From NCBI GenBank assembly GCA_028279805.1, contig JANQMZ010000007.1, positions 780,001 to 812,000 of the forward strand: a DNA stretch of 32,000 nucleotides, written 5' to 3'. The DNA comes from an archaeon (GTDB lineage: Archaea; Iainarchaeota; Iainarchaeia; Iainarchaeales; JANQMZ01). The notes under the pieces are model-generated. The model saw only the letters and a list, made by a program, of their open reading frames with translations, had not been told where the DNA came from and made no database searches. Below, in pieces: positions 30,357-32,000 of the stretch. Numbering within the stretch: position 1 is the first letter of the stretch; each line of letters opens with the position of its first letter. A program made the translations under genes and the position numbers.

Positions 30357-32000
30357 ATGTGCGGAATTACCGGTTACAAGGGTTCAAAACAGGCATCTGA
30401 AATTGTTTTTCAAGGATTAAAAAAACTTGAATACCGTGGTTATGATTCATGGGGGCTGGCTGCCAAAAACAATGATTCAATTTTAGTTCAAAAACAGGCA
30501 GGCAAAATTTCAGAAGCTGTTGTAAAAAAATTTCCTGAAAATCATCTCGCCATTGCACATACGCGGTGGGCAACCCATGGCAGCGTTTCAGAAAAAAATG
30601 CCCATCCTCATTTTTCACAGAACAAAAAAATTGCTCTTGTTCATAACGGAATTGTTGAAAACTTTCAGGAATTAAAAAAATTTTTAACAGAAAAAGGATT
30701 CTCTTTCAAATCCGATACTGACACTGAAATTATTCCAAACCTGGTTGAATATTTTTTGTCAAAAAACAAAAATTTTAAAAACGCGGTAATAAGTGCGTTG
30801 CAAAAAATTGAAGGTTCTTTTGCAGTTGTTGCAGTTAACTCAGATTCAAATGAATTAATCGGTGCGAAAAACGGTTCGCCTTTAATTGTAGGCTTAAAAG
30901 ATGAAGAATTTTTTATAGCTTCAGACGTTCCGGCTTTTCTTGATTTTACAAAAAAAATTGTTTTTTTGAATGACAACGAACTTGTTTCAATTAATTCTCA
31001 GCCTGAATTTTTTAATATTGAAAACGGAAAAAAAATTTTAAAAAAAACTGAAACAATTTCCTGGTCTTTGGAGCAGGCAAAAAAAGGTTCTTTTTCCACT
31101 TTTATGTTAAAAGAAATCAATGAGCATCCTCAGGCTATAAGACAGGCTGCAGAGCAGGACCCGGTTAAAATGAAAAAAGTTGCAAATCTGTTAAAAAATT
31201 CGGATAAAATTTTTTTAACAGGCTGCGGTTCATCTTATCATGCCTGCCTTTCCGGGCAGGATTGGTTTTCAAAACTTGCCCGAAAACACGTAAATGTTGT
31301 GTTAAGCTCTGAATTTAAAAATTTTCAGAATTTTGTTAACAGCAAAACAGTTGTTGTGGCTGTATCCCAAAGCGGTGAAACAGCTGATGTGCTGGATGCT
31401 GTTAAAAGAGCTAGATTAAAAAATGCAAAAATTGTTTCAATTGTAAATGTTCAGGGTTCAACGTTAACAAGGTTAAGCGATGAAACAATAATGCTTAACT
31501 CAGGCCCGGAAATTTGTGTTCTGTCAACAAAAACTTATTCAGCTCAGCTAACCGTTTTAATGCTTTTGGCTTCTTTTTTGGGACAAAAACAGGATGAAAT
31601 AAAAAAACTTATTCAGAAAACTGTTTCATTTATTCCCGACCTGGTTAAGGATTTTAATACGAAAGCGGAACAACTTGCTCAAAAAATTGCATCTCAAAAA
31701 AACATTTTTGTTATCGGCAGAAACACGATGTTTGCCTCTGCACTTGAAGCCGCTTTAAAAATAAAGGAAGTGAGTTATATTCATGCAGAGGGATTTGCCG
31801 GAGGAGAATTAAAACACGGAACAATTGCTTTAATTGAAAAAAATGTTCCTGCTTTTATTTTATCAACAAACAATTCAAGAAAAGAAATTTTAAGCAATGC
31901 AATGGAAATAAAATCAAGAGGCGGAATGATTATAGGCTTGGATTCCGAGGAAAATGATTTGTTTGATTTTTTCTTTAAAGTTCCCGATGTTAATTTTGCC
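30357..32000 (+). CDS. glmS: Glutamine--fructose-6-phosphate aminotransferase (3' end beyond window)
   Basis: Not in the ORF track because there is no stop in the window. My translation from the ATG at 30357 gives 'MCGITGYKG...LEYRGYDSWG...HTRWATHG...HPH' (Ntn glutaminase with Cys2). Two SIS domains follow ('GCGSSYHA', 'SQSGETADV', 'EGFAGGELKHG'). The frame is open to nt 32000. SD GGTGA lies at 30347-30351. Confidence 0.92.
   Translation, partial: MCGITGYKGSKQASEIVFQGLKKLEYRGYDSWGLAAKNNDSILVQKQAGKISEAVVKKFPENHLAIAHTRWATHGSVSEKNAHPHFSQNKKIALVHNGIVENFQELKKFLTEKGFSFKSDTDTEIIPNLVEYFLSKNKNFKNAVISALQKIEGSFAVVAVNSDSNELIGAKNGSPLIVGLKDEEFFIASDVPAFLDFTKKIVFLNDNELVSINSQPEFFNIENGKKILKKTETISWSLEQAKKGSFSTFMLKEINEHPQAIRQAAEQDPVKMKKVANLLKNSDKIFLTGCGSSYHACLSGQDWFSKLARKHVNVVLSSEFKNFQNFVNSKTVVVAVSQSGETADVLDAVKRARLKNAKIVSIVNVQGSTLTRLSDETIMLNSGPEICVLSTKTYSAQLTVLMLLASFLGQKQDEIKKLIQKTVSFIPDLVKDFNTKAEQLAQKIASQKNIFVIGRNTMFASALEAALKIKEVSYIHAEGFAGGELKHGTIALIEKNVPAFILSTNNSRKEILSNAMEIKSRGGMIIGLDSEENDLFDFFFKVPDVNFA

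Overview
This is a strongly AT-rich, very tightly packed archaeal chromosome segment. The archaeal assignment is an inference from the gene content: GatE, Spt5, SecE, stalk proteins P0/P1, geranylgeranyl reductase, archaeal-type AspRS/AsnRS/GlyRS, and the conserved ftsZ-secE-spt5-rpl11-rpl1-rpl10-rpl12 cluster. The Lys-rich proteome and the compaction suggest a small-genome, DPANN-like lineage, but I cannot verify that. I call 35 protein genes and 3 tRNAs (Thr-CGU, Ile-GAU, Gln-UUG). Two genes are cut by the window edges: glyS at the 5' end, and glmS at the 3' end. glmS is missing from the ORF track because it has no stop codon inside the window. I saw no rRNA, CRISPR array, transposase, integrase or recognisable defence genes. 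Most of the content is housekeeping. The strongest lead is a 988-aa protein (25406-28372, minus strand). Its two ATPase head halves read as canonical SMC. Its centre has no hinge domain and instead carries a Rad50-style CPTC zinc-hook motif exactly at the midpoint of an uninterrupted coiled coil. Secondary leads:
- An Arg-rich, compositionally atypical divergent gene pair (3598-4660) with an AT-hook-like tail and a shared C-terminal motif.
- A 22-bp perfect direct repeat flanking a TATA box, hairpin and T-run unit (8536-8692).
- A stalk protein P0 whose long acidic tail lacks the conserved terminal peptide that P1 retains.
- An ATPase-less, apparently extracytoplasmic Lon (S16) protease.
- A GC-rich structured element next to tRNA-Thr.
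- A recurring TTAA shared-stop overlap at 4 of 6 convergent gene junctions.
All functional calls come from motif recognition by eye. No database searches were run.
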